DNA of 63,856 nt, from the NCBI GenBank assembly GCA_021824605.1, contig JAKAKH010000007.1, positions 1 to 63,856 of the forward strand, given 5' to 3'. Below are positions 20,083-28,414 of this stretch, piece by piece. Under the pieces are notes generated by a model. That model did no database searches and was not told where the DNA came from. It saw only the letters and a list, made by a program, of their open reading frames with translations. Numbering within the stretch: the first letter of the stretch is position 1; each line of letters opens with the position of its first letter. The stretch comes from a bacterium (GTDB lineage: Bacteria; Patescibacteriota; Minisyncoccia; Phycocordibacterales; Phycocordibacteraceae). A program made the position numbers and the translations under genes.

Positions 20083-20238
20083 ATGCAAGACGCAAAGGAA
20101 AAGGCAAATACTACCGTACCACTGACGTTCCTCGTCGCTCAGCCGATTGAGACTGAAATCAAGGCTGCACAGGCGTATGGTTATTCGATGGAAATCGATA
20201 CCAAGCAGCCCAACGGCGACGGATCCGATACTGTCTAG
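20083..20238 (+). CDS. 51-aa candidate graspetide precursor peptide (not in the ORF track)
   Basis: The RBS AAAGGAGG (20067-20074) lies 8 nt before the ATG. The peptide is MQDAKEKANTTVPLTFLVAQPIETEIKAAQAYGYSMEIDTKQPNGDGSDTV. A terminator follows 15 nt after the TAG. Confidence 0.7.
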   Translation: MQDAKEKANTTVPLTFLVAQPIETEIKAAQAYGYSMEIDTKQPNGDGSDTV

Positions 20239-20253
20239 TTCGGGTCTTTACAC

Positions 20254-20295
20254 ACAGACGATGCGTTCCAACGCGTCGTCTGTTCTTTTTATTTT
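20254..20295 (+). terminator. rho-independent terminator of the ATP-grasp/precursor operon
   Basis: ACAGACGATGCGT tcca ACGCGTCGTCTGT followed by TCTTTTTATTTT. Confidence 0.8.
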
Positions 20296-20316
20296 GGTGC
20301 CGTACAATATTAATAC

Positions 20317-20814
20317 ATGCTGAATTCTGAATTATCTGAGCGTCTTTTACAGTTGCTCGCAGAGGACCAGGATGGCCTGAGACAATATAGAGCAGGAACG
20401 CTCTCTCTTGGAGAGATAAACCGTGCTATTCGTGTGCGTACAGAGGAGGCACGCAAGATTTTTAAAATCGAATTTCCGAAAAAGCGACTTGTCGGTGAGG
20501 ATGCTTATCGGGCATTTATTGCGCTTGTTCTGCATTCCGATGATCCTGAATTTATGGATCAGGTTGCGAATACTATTCGTGCATCCGAGACGGAAGATGC
20601 TGATAAATCTCACGCAGCATTTATTATCGATAAATTGCTGGTGCGAGAAGGGAAACCACAGCGGTACGGAACACAATACAGTGCAATAAACGAGGATGGT
20701 TCTGTAGCATTCGTGCCTTTCGAAGATCCAAAAGAAATCGACTCGCGACGAGCAGAGATTGGACTATCATCCATGAAAGAATACGAGGAAACGATTCGAA
20801 AGATTAGGGTTTAA
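20317..20814 (+). CDS. hypothetical protein
   Basis: 165 aa, helical, containing GKPQRYGTQ. No family is confidently recognised. Confidence 0.5.
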   Translation: MLNSELSERLLQLLAEDQDGLRQYRAGTLSLGEINRAIRVRTEEARKIFKIEFPKKRLVGEDAYRAFIALVLHSDDPEFMDQVANTIRASETEDADKSHAAFIIDKLLVREGKPQRYGTQYSAINEDGSVAFVPFEDPKEIDSRRAEIGLSSMKEYEETIRKIRV

Positions 20815-20861
20815 TCTGACGTAGGAATCAGATTCGATTCGAGAAGAAATAACGAAGCAAT

Positions 20862-21203
20862 ATGCAGCACCAGATGAAATTATCGACAGAACCTTTCAAC
20901 CAGATTGCATCTGGCGCGAAAGTTATCGAGTCCCGCCTCTACGACGAGAAACGCCAGCAGATTGCGCTCGGTGACGAGATAGAATTCAGCGAGAATGATC
21001 ATCCTGAAAACAAGGTATACACGAAGGTCATCGAGCTTCTTCGCTACCAATCGTTTAAAGACCTTTTTGTCGATCACGAGCCAGCACTCTTCGGCGGCGA
21101 GAGTCGTGAATTCCTCCTCAATCAGATTAAACAGTTCTACTCGGACGAAGACGAGCAGAAGTACGGTGTGGTGGGTGTGCGAATCGAAAAGGTGAGTGTC
21201 TAG
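20862..21203 (+). CDS. ASCH-domain protein
   Basis: 113 aa. PFNQIASGAKVIESRLYDEKRQQIALGDEIEF is typical of the ASCH (PUA-like) fold. Confidence 0.7.
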   Translation: MQHQMKLSTEPFNQIASGAKVIESRLYDEKRQQIALGDEIEFSENDHPENKVYTKVIELLRYQSFKDLFVDHEPALFGGESREFLLNQIKQFYSDEDEQKYGVVGVRIEKVSV

Positions 21204-21209
21204 CCTAAC

Positions 21210-21255
21210 GACAAACACAGAAGCCGCGACGTACGTCGCGGCTTCTGTGTTTGTC
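21210..21255. terminator. long perfect hairpin terminator
   Basis: GACAAACACAGAAGCCGCGACGT/ACGTCGCGGCTTCTGTGTTTGTC form palindromic arms. Confidence 0.7.
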
Positions 21256-21271
21256 CAGTATCATTGCGCGT

Positions 21272-21511
21272 ATGAAAGTCTACGCCGAAGTTGGGGTTGG
21301 GAATGACACGTTCCTCTCGACTGAATACGAAGAAGGGGATCGGGAATATCGGGTCCCAAGCTTCGTGAAGCCACCACATGTAACAGAATATTATGTCCGT
21401 ATTTGGATACGAAAGACGGTCTATATATTCTCGACCAATGAGGGTTTCAAGAAGATCTCAAAGGATAAAAACAGATTCAAGTTACTTTTTGGAGTTGGCG
21501 GTGTGCGTTAG
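21272..21511 (+). CDS. hypothetical small protein
   Basis: 79 aa from the ATG at 21272. The track start at 21251 lies inside the terminator stem. Confidence 0.4.
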   Translation: MKVYAEVGVGNDTFLSTEYEEGDREYRVPSFVKPPHVTEYYVRIWIRKTVYIFSTNEGFKKISKDKNRFKLLFGVGGVR

Positions 21512-21520
21512 TATGACACT

Positions 21521-22165
21521 ATGACCAAAAATATCTTTCTCCTCAGTATGATGAGCCCGCTCGACGAAGGGTTGCGCGAGACGCTTGCTCGAGAAATTCT
21601 CAAGCGCGGCATGAAGGTTGCGTACATATCCTCGAGTCCGCAGAGTGGTGACCGGCCATACTACCAGTCGACCATTGCCGACTATACGGCAATCAGTCCC
21701 GACATTCGTGTCGACTATTTCGATCTCTCAGATGCTTTCACAGACGAGATGCTCGCTACGCTTCCTTCCTATGCCGCCATCTACCTCTCGGGAGGGAACA
21801 CATTTACTTTTATGGATAGTGCACGAAAGCGCGGACTTCAGACAATTCTTGAACAGCACCTAGCAAACGACGGGGTGCTCATCGGCGCAAGTGCGGGGAG
21901 CATCATGTGCACGCCCTCAATTGAACTTGCGAAGTTTGGTGACGAGAACGAAGTCGGCATGACCGACTTCTCAGGATTCGGATTTATCGACTTCGAGTTC
22001 CATCCGCACTTTAATGATGAATCGAGGGAGCGCGAGCAACTAGCAGAATACCAGCGCACACACGCACAGGAAATTTATACATGCAAGGATGGGGCAGGGA
22101 TACATGTCTCTGACCCAGGAATCGAAGTGTTTGGTGAGGTTTCGAAGCTTGTGTCGATTGAATGA
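21521..22165 (+). CDS. peptidase S51 family (dipeptidase E-like)
   Basis: 214 aa with IYLSGGNTF and the nucleophile context IGASAGS. Confidence 0.75.
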   Translation: MTKNIFLLSMMSPLDEGLRETLAREILKRGMKVAYISSSPQSGDRPYYQSTIADYTAISPDIRVDYFDLSDAFTDEMLATLPSYAAIYLSGGNTFTFMDSARKRGLQTILEQHLANDGVLIGASAGSIMCTPSIELAKFGDENEVGMTDFSGFGFIDFEFHPHFNDESREREQLAEYQRTHAQEIYTCKDGAGIHVSDPGIEVFGEVSKLVSIE

Positions 22166-22303
22166 ATAGGTGAACAGGAATATCTCAATAAGATCATAAG
22201 GTATTGTCGAATACTGATGGCGTGTTACTATCTCGCATGGACATCGGTGGTGCTTGTCCAGGATTCTCCCGTACAACGCCAGTGTCCTTCCTAGGAGTTT
22301 GTT

Positions 22304-22528
22304 GTGGGTAAAAAATCGCAAAAACCTGTATCGAGTCACAATCCATTCGCGGCCGAGGGTTTCAAGCTCTCTTCCTTTACGCATAAATGTTGTTGTGTTG
22401 CCGTGCGTGTTGGGGAGATGGTGGAAGTTCGGGACACGAAAAACCCCGAAGGTCCAACCCTTTCTTTCAACAAGGACGAATGGAAGGCTTTCGTCAGCGG
22501 CATCAAAAATAACGAATTCGACGTCTGA
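22304..22528 (+). CDS. DUF397-domain protein
   Basis: 74 aa with a GTG start and AGGAG 7 nt upstream. The pattern SSF..KCCCVAV....VEVRDTKNPEGPTLSF..DEW.AF is DUF397-like. Confidence 0.65.
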   Translation: MGKKSQKPVSSHNPFAAEGFKLSSFTHKCCCVAVRVGEMVEVRDTKNPEGPTLSFNKDEWKAFVSGIKNNEFDV

Positions 22529-22537
22529 AGGATTCAT

Positions 22538-22575
22538 GGAGGGGACGAATATGTTCCCTCTATTTTATTTTTATT
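22538..22575 (+). terminator. rho-independent terminator
   Basis: GGAGGGGAC gaatat GTTCCCTCT followed by ATTTTATTTTTATT. Confidence 0.7.
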
Positions 22576-22619
22576 CGATCTAGACAATTGCCGCGCAGCA
22601 ATCTGTTATTATCTTCTCA

Positions 22620-23210
22620 ATGTCTTCCCGTAAAACATTTTTCATCATTCCCGGCTTTAAACAAAAAGCGGGTAATAAATCGTTTGTGTGGCTCGGAAAT
22701 CTCTTAAAAGACAGAGGGTTTGAGGTAGTAAAAGTATCTATATGTTGGGAACGTAGAACCATGAAAGAATATGTCGAAGATTTCATCGAAGTGTATAAGA
22801 AGTATCAGTCTGGGGAAAATTATATTTTGGGATTTTCATATGGAGCGGTTATCGCTTTATTGTCGGCTAATGCACTGAAACCAAAGAAAATATATTTGTG
22901 TTCCCTAAGCCCAGACTTCAAAGAAGATGTTTCGGCAATGACGCCCTGGCTAAAGAAATATGTTGGCAAAAGACGTATCGCGTACAGTTTAAAGACAAGC
23001 GGGAGAGAGATCGCGAAGAATCTCAGGATCTCTTCCGTGATTTTTTATGGTGAAGCAGAGGCCAGGGGTTATCCGCAAATTAAAGTTCGATGTGAAGAAA
23101 CGGCTAATCTTGCTGCACGATCAAAGCTCGTGGTGGTAGAAAAGTCGCCTCATCAAATAGACTTCCCAACTTATAAAACGGCACTCATTAAAGAGCTGAA
23201 AACTATATAG
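22620..23210 (+). CDS. alpha/beta-hydrolase-fold protein
   Basis: 196 aa with the nucleophile elbow GFSYG and an FIIPGF start typical of small serine hydrolases. Confidence 0.6.
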   Translation: MSSRKTFFIIPGFKQKAGNKSFVWLGNLLKDRGFEVVKVSICWERRTMKEYVEDFIEVYKKYQSGENYILGFSYGAVIALLSANALKPKKIYLCSLSPDFKEDVSAMTPWLKKYVGKRRIAYSLKTSGREIAKNLRISSVIFYGEAEARGYPQIKVRCEETANLAARSKLVVVEKSPHQIDFPTYKTALIKELKTI

Positions 23211-23270
23211 AAGCCTCTCTTCTTTGCGATTTCTTGTGAGACGGTCGAACGTATTTGCTAGAATACTCAC

Positions 23271-23855
23271 ATGACCGACGAACAATTGATAACCAGAGCA
23301 AAATCCCTACAGGATGAGGCGCGGCGGATTCTAGAGGAACTCGACCTACTCGCGGTTATCGGGGCAATTTCCGAACCAGAAGTCGTCGGGAGCGTGAAGA
23401 ACGGGCTCATGATTATGCCGGACATTGATATTCATGCATGGATGGAAGAGCCAGATCTTAGTGCCGTCGCAAACCTTTTTCCGACACTCATGAAGATGCC
23501 GACTATCCAGATGGTGCATTTCAATAACTATCGCGAGCTACGAAGAGATTTCCGAAAAGATCGCATCAATTTTCCACATGCGTACTATGTCGGAATGCGT
23601 ACGACACAACCCTCTGGCGAGTGGAAGATTGATATGTGGTTTGGAAAGCGTGGGGAAGTGGGCGACTACGATGCGACCGAACTCGATACGATGACCGACG
23701 AACAACGTCTCGTCATTCTGAGACTCAAGGAAATATGGAAAGACGGTAAGGGGTATCGAGATGGTGTCCTCAGTACTGATTTCTACAAAGCGGTCATGCG
23801 ACATAACGTGAAAGATGAAGAAGGATTTATAGAATACTTGAGAACGAAAGAATAA
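23271..23855 (+). CDS. nucleotidyltransferase-fold (Pol-beta superfamily) protein
   Basis: GS-x10-DIDIH (GSVKNGLMIMPDIDIH) fits the GS...DxD NTase motif. It is 194 aa. Confidence 0.55.
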   Translation: MTDEQLITRAKSLQDEARRILEELDLLAVIGAISEPEVVGSVKNGLMIMPDIDIHAWMEEPDLSAVANLFPTLMKMPTIQMVHFNNYRELRRDFRKDRINFPHAYYVGMRTTQPSGEWKIDMWFGKRGEVGDYDATELDTMTDEQRLVILRLKEIWKDGKGYRDGVLSTDFYKAVMRHNVKDEEGFIEYLRTKE

Positions 23856-23858
23856 CGT

Positions 23859-24359
23859 ATGGAAATAAAATCAACATTGAAAAGCCGACTGTCGGGGATA
23901 GTGCCGGTGGTATATCGAGACATCGAATCGATTGATGAGCTTGGTGACCGAGTGGTCCACGGCGTCCATGCGTATTGTTTTGTAGGCGATAAGCTCGTCA
24001 TCGTGTATTCAGAAGCAAAGGGATATTGGACACCGCCGGGTGGGGGAGTAGAGCCGGGCGAGACGATTGAAGAGGCAACTATACGTGAAGTGCTCGAAGA
24101 AACAAATATGCGCGTGCTCAAACAGCGCATCATCGGCTATCAAGAAGTCTCTGAACCACATCGACTTACGGTGCAGGTGCGTTCGGTCTGTATCGTCGAA
24201 CCGATTGGACCGTTCGTTGCAGACGCTGACTCCAGTGATGGCGAGGGTGTGACAGAGATTAAACTCATCGACCCAAAAAACATCAAACAGTACTTTGACT
24301 GGGGCGAAGTTGGCGAGCATATCCTCGCCCGGGCCTTGTCTATCAAAGGAGGGCTTTGA
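23859..24359 (+). CDS. NUDIX hydrolase
   Basis: The Nudix box is GGGVEPGETIEEATIREVLEETN. Confidence 0.85.
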   Translation: MEIKSTLKSRLSGIVPVVYRDIESIDELGDRVVHGVHAYCFVGDKLVIVYSEAKGYWTPPGGGVEPGETIEEATIREVLEETNMRVLKQRIIGYQEVSEPHRLTVQVRSVCIVEPIGPFVADADSSDGEGVTEIKLIDPKNIKQYFDWGEVGEHILARALSIKGGL

Positions 24360-24371
24360 ACGCTGTTGATT

Positions 24372-24704
24372 ATGCAAGAAGTCGCACAAAAGATTCGGAG
24401 TGATTTTGAAGCCGGTGTGATTGATCAGGAATTACTTGTTGAGCTTTATAAGGGGTATAAAGATGTTGGCGATACGGTACAGTTTGTAACCAAAGCAAGA
24501 GAGATATTTCCGAATGGGAATTGCGGCCTCGCATCTCTCTATCTTAAGGAGAAGCTCGGAGGGGAAGTAGTTCAGGGGAAGTATGGAAAACATAATCATA
24601 CGTTTCTGTTTGTCGATGGAACGGTTATTGATATCACCGCAGATCAATTCGGAGGTCCTAAAGTTTATATAGGACCTCTTCAATTTCCCTGGGAGCTTGC
24701 TTAA
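24372..24704 (+). CDS. hypothetical protein
   Basis: 110 aa from the ATG at 24372. No family is recognised. Confidence 0.45.
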   Translation: MQEVAQKIRSDFEAGVIDQELLVELYKGYKDVGDTVQFVTKAREIFPNGNCGLASLYLKEKLGGEVVQGKYGKHNHTFLFVDGTVIDITADQFGGPKVYIGPLQFPWELA

Positions 24705-24709
24705 TAAAA

Positions 24710-24727
24710 GCCGCCCCTTGGGGCGGC
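24710..24727. terminator. GC hairpin between convergent genes (the T-tract is on the minus strand)
   Basis: GCCGCCCC tt GGGGCGGC preceded by AAAA. It serves the minus-strand GNAT gene best. Confidence 0.6.
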
Positions 24728-24732
24728 AAGCA

Positions 24733-25401
24733 TTAGAAGATGCTCGTTTCTTTTTCGAGTTGTGCATGTTGTTCGTCTGTAAGTCTCGGTAGACTTTTTG
24801 TTTTTTGGTAGTTCGCCCAAATTGGTTCCCAATCCTCCCGAAAGATCTCGAGGCTAATACTGTCGACGAAGTTTCCGTTGTCGAAGTGGTGAGATTTATG
24901 TCGACCAACTTGCTTGAAACCGCAGGCCAGCAAGTGACCCCAGCTATTCCCATTGAATGCTTTTACGCGCGAGCAGACCTTACGGAATCCGCGTACACGA
25001 AATGCTTCGTATAGGAGCAGTAGCTTCGCTTCGGTACCGTAGCCCTTGCCGAAGCAGGTTGGGTCGATAATGAGACTCCCACTTTCGCAGTATCCGCCTG
25101 GCCACGTTAGGTCGTGTAGACCAGTATGGCCGATATAGCGGTATCCAGTTACGATGCCCGCCGAATCTTTCTGGTGAAGAAGGATGGCAAAGATGAGATT
25201 ACCTCTCTTGCTGATATTTTCGTACCATGCGAATTCGGTTTCGAGTGTTACTGGTGGTTGCAATACAACCCCTCGCGTCACTTCTGGGTTATTCACTCCC
25301 GACATGCAGAGGGGGATGTAGTCCCGTTGCATTGCGCCGAGAGACAAGTACAGCAAGCCATGGCGAGTTGGATAATGAGTACCCACAACTATTCCTCTCA
25401 A
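24733..25401 (-). CDS. GNAT-family N-acetyltransferase (RimJ/RimL-like)
   Basis: 222 aa with the acetyl-CoA motif region FGKGYGTEAKLLLLYEAF. Confidence 0.75.
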   Translation of the reverse strand: MRGIVVGTHYPTRHGLLYLSLGAMQRDYIPLCMSGVNNPEVTRGVVLQPPVTLETEFAWYENISKRGNLIFAILLHQKDSAGIVTGYRYIGHTGLHDLTWPGGYCESGSLIIDPTCFGKGYGTEAKLLLLYEAFRVRGFRKVCSRVKAFNGNSWGHLLACGFKQVGRHKSHHFDNGNFVDSISLEIFREDWEPIWANYQKTKSLPRLTDEQHAQLEKETSIF

Positions 25402-25720
25402 AGATCACGCTCTGCTCAAGAAGATAAAGAAAAACCTCAGCTTCCGCAGAGCCGAGGTTTTTCTTTGTATCTTTATTGTTAGAGGGTGTGGAGAAGAAAA
25501 ATCGCGGCTATGCACAAGCAAGACCAAGACCTGAGATCTCGATCGTCATTCGTGAATAGTCGCAATTCAAATGCATAACGAAATACTAGCTTTTCTAGTA
25601 TTTTTGTCAATACCGGTAGGTACGCCGTACCTCACCTACCGAGCGTCGTGACTACTTGCTGCGTGGTATACTCAATCGCGTATCCTGAGATACTTATTAA
25701 GTTTAGTATTACTTTATTGT

Positions 25721-26383
25721 ATGTATAACTTCGTCCGTTCTCGTGCTGTTTCTGTAGCCACTGGTGCTGTCTTCTTCGCAGCACTTTTTAGCGTGGCACC
25801 AGTTGCCCAGGCGGCTACTCTCTCAGCAACGCAGATCAGTGCCATTACAAATCTGCTCCAAGCTTTCGGCGCTGATCCGGCGGTTGTGGCAAACGTCCAG
25901 TCGGTGCTTGAGGGTACGTCGACCTCGACGCCGGCAGTCCAGCCTCCGGTGCAGCTTCCGACTATCTCCGGGACACTGATGGGTGGAAATGGATGCAATG
26001 TCGTCTCCGGTGATCTTCGCCCAGGTGTCTTTGGTGCGGAGGTGTCACGACTCCAAGCGTTCCTTGGGAAGGACAAGAGCATTTACCCTGAGGGTTCAGT
26101 CACAGGCCACTTTGGTCCGATGACCGAGGAAGCTGTGCAGCGATGGCAGTCCTCACACGGTATTGTGGCCACGGGTACGCCAGCGACAACCGGTTTTGGC
26201 GTTGTTGGTCCGCGAACGCTCAGGGAGATGGATCGCGAGATGGAGATGGAGTGCGAGAATGGTGACACAGGTAGCGTCACAGCATCTTCAACTTCTTCCG
26301 AGTCGTCAGCAAGCGTTGAAGGTACGGCAGTAACGACCACTGGTGACAGTACCGCCTCCTCGACCTCGTCGCACGATAACTAG
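25721..26383 (+). CDS. secreted protein with peptidoglycan-binding (PG_binding_1) domain
   Basis: A signal peptide is present. GAEVSRLQAFLGKD...GHFGPMTEEAVQRWQ is PG_binding_1-like, and the tail is Ser/Thr-rich. Confidence 0.7.
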   Translation: MYNFVRSRAVSVATGAVFFAALFSVAPVAQAATLSATQISAITNLLQAFGADPAVVANVQSVLEGTSTSTPAVQPPVQLPTISGTLMGGNGCNVVSGDLRPGVFGAEVSRLQAFLGKDKSIYPEGSVTGHFGPMTEEAVQRWQSSHGIVATGTPATTGFGVVGPRTLREMDREMEMECENGDTGSVTASSTSSESSASVEGTAVTTTGDSTASSTSSHDN

Positions 26384-26388
26384 TATTT

Positions 26389-26435
26389 CGTCAAAATAAA
26401 AACCGCGCACACAGTGCGCGGTTTTTATTTTGACG
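26389..26435. terminator. 47-nt perfect palindrome, bidirectional terminator
   Basis: CGTCAAAATAAAAACCGCGCAC aca GTGCGCGGTTTTTATTTTGACG. Confidence 0.8.
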
Positions 26436-26498
26436 AAGGTAGTTGCGACGAGGGGAGGAGCGTGATATGGTTAGATACTCTAACTAATTACCATCTGC

Positions 26499-27779
26499 AT
26501 GTCTGAACGATTCCATCGCATCCTCTCCTATCTCTTACAGCCGGTAGTGGCTCTCGGCGGTGCTGTCGTTATTGCCGTAGTTCTTATCGGCATGGCGTGG
26601 CGGACGAGCACCGTTCTGCCAGTAGGGCAGTATGTGGCAGTACAAACCGCTCCTATCACGGCAGTTGGCGGCGCGAATTCTGAACTGTCGTTTCAGGTAC
26701 CTGGGCAGATTGTGGCTATTCCCGTGAAGCTTGGTCAGATTGTCGGTGCGGGCGCAACGCTTATCGCACTCGACCAGTCAGCGCTGCTCGCGACCCGAGC
26801 AGGAGCTGTCGCAAATCTCGAGGCGGCGCAGGCGAGACTTGCCGCACTTCGGGCGGGTACTCGGCCTGAGCAACTGACGATCGACGAGACAGCGGTCACG
26901 CAGGCGGAGGAGGCGTTGCGTGGTGCGATTCGAAGTGCGTACATTACTGCAGACGATGCGATTCATACCAAGACCGATCAGTTTTTCCTCAATCCGCGCA
27001 CCTCGTCAGCGACGCTTGCGTTTACGTTCTCTGATCAGACACTGCAAAACACCGTACAAAATGAGCGGGTCGCTCTCGAGGCGGTGCTCGCTGACTGGGG
27101 TTCCGAGGTGAGTGCGACAAGTTTCGCGACCCAGGATCCTCATGCGAGCGCTGCGGTTGCTCAAACGAATCTCGCGCAAATTTCTGCTTTTCTCGATACC
27201 GTTGCGAGCTTGCTCGCAGAGAGCACGCCGTCTGCTACGTTGCCACTTACAACCCTGCAGGGATATCAGTCGGCGATCAATACCGCCCGTCTCGGTGTCT
27301 CGGGAGCAGCCAATACCATAACGAGTGCGACAACCGCGCTCCGGTCTGCGGAGGGAGTCCTTACGCTCGCACAAGCCGGTCCGACGACAAATGATATTGC
27401 AGCAGCACAGGCGGCAGTCGACGCGGCACAAGCGACGCTCAGCGGTGTGGATGTCTCAATTCGAAATGCAGTTCTGACTGCACCAGTGGCCGGTACGGTC
27501 GTCACGCTGAATGCGCACTTGGGACAGACGGTGGTGCCGGGGCAGGTACTGGTTTCGATCCAGTCACTTGGAGGAAGTAAGGAGCAGGCGCTCGTTGTCC
27601 CGACGAGCAGCATCATGACCGATGGCGGACAATCGTTTGTGTATGTGAAGCGCGGCACCGGTGCTCCCGTAAAGACGCTTGTGACAACCGGTCTTGTGAG
27701 CGCTACCGGTATGACCGAAATCGTTTCGGGGCTTACCAGCGGGCAAGAGGTACTCTCGTTTGGCATCACCACTCAGTAA
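26499..27779 (+). CDS. efflux periplasmic adaptor (HlyD/MFP family) with long coiled coil
   Basis: 426 aa with a TM anchor, a lipoyl-like half (GQIVGAGATLIALD), an Ala-rich coiled coil and a beta-barrel (VAGTVVTLNAHLGQTV). Confidence 0.8.
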   Translation: MSERFHRILSYLLQPVVALGGAVVIAVVLIGMAWRTSTVLPVGQYVAVQTAPITAVGGANSELSFQVPGQIVAIPVKLGQIVGAGATLIALDQSALLATRAGAVANLEAAQARLAALRAGTRPEQLTIDETAVTQAEEALRGAIRSAYITADDAIHTKTDQFFLNPRTSSATLAFTFSDQTLQNTVQNERVALEAVLADWGSEVSATSFATQDPHASAAVAQTNLAQISAFLDTVASLLAESTPSATLPLTTLQGYQSAINTARLGVSGAANTITSATTALRSAEGVLTLAQAGPTTNDIAAAQAAVDAAQATLSGVDVSIRNAVLTAPVAGTVVTLNAHLGQTVVPGQVLVSIQSLGGSKEQALVVPTSSIMTDGGQSFVYVKRGTGAPVKTLVTTGLVSATGMTEIVSGLTSGQEVLSFGITTQ

Positions 27780-27787
27780 TATTTACT

Positions 27788-28402
27788 ATGACACCACTTC
27801 GAAAAAAGCTCATCGTTATTGGTAGTAGTATCACTATCATTCTTGCGGGTGCAATAATTGCGTACGGTATTTCGACAGCGAATCGTATCGCCATTGATAC
27901 GGCAAGTATTGAGGCACCACTCATTACGCTCACTGCGGCTGCGCCAGGGCGTCTCGATCGGGTGTATGTGCACTCGGGGGATACGGTTGCAGCAAATCAG
28001 CCAGTAGCGCTCGTGGGGACACAAGTCATTACGAGTAAAGTTGCAGGTCTTGTGGTGCAGGTGAATGACGTGCTCGGAGCCGAGATTGGTGCGGGGTCGG
28101 AGGTCGTGACGATGATCGACCCGCTGCAGCTTCGCGTTGTCGGGAGAATTGATGAGAATAAAGGTCTTGCGCAGATACAGGTGGGCGACCCGGTCGTCTT
28201 CACGGTGGACGCGTTTGGTGGTCGACAGTTCTCGGGCGTGATTGATGAGGTGGCACCGACCAGTAATCAATCGGGCATCGTGTTCAATATCTCCGACCAA
28301 CGCCAAGTTCAGCAATTTGATGTGAAAGCTCGTTTTGATACGAATGCGTATCCGGAACTCCGAAATGGCATGTCGGCACGCATGTGGATCTCGACGCGGT
28401 AG
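27788..28402 (+). CDS. short HlyD-family adaptor protein (no coiled coil)
   Basis: 204 aa with a TM anchor, lipoyl-like motifs (VHSGDTVAANQPVAL; AGLVVQVN) and a barrel domain. Confidence 0.7.
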   Translation: MTPLRKKLIVIGSSITIILAGAIIAYGISTANRIAIDTASIEAPLITLTAAAPGRLDRVYVHSGDTVAANQPVALVGTQVITSKVAGLVVQVNDVLGAEIGAGSEVVTMIDPLQLRVVGRIDENKGLAQIQVGDPVVFTVDAFGGRQFSGVIDEVAPTSNQSGIVFNISDQRQVQQFDVKARFDTNAYPELRNGMSARMWISTR

Positions 28403-28414
28403 TGCACGGACGCT

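Noticed and set aside
25433-25465. A bidirectional hairpin (AAAAACCTCAGCT...AGCCGAGGTTTTT) upstream of the GNAT gene start, as evidence for a missed small gene in 25470-25720.
   Set aside because: I found no ORF with an RBS in either strand of the AT-rich gap. It is more likely a leftover terminator at the island edge.
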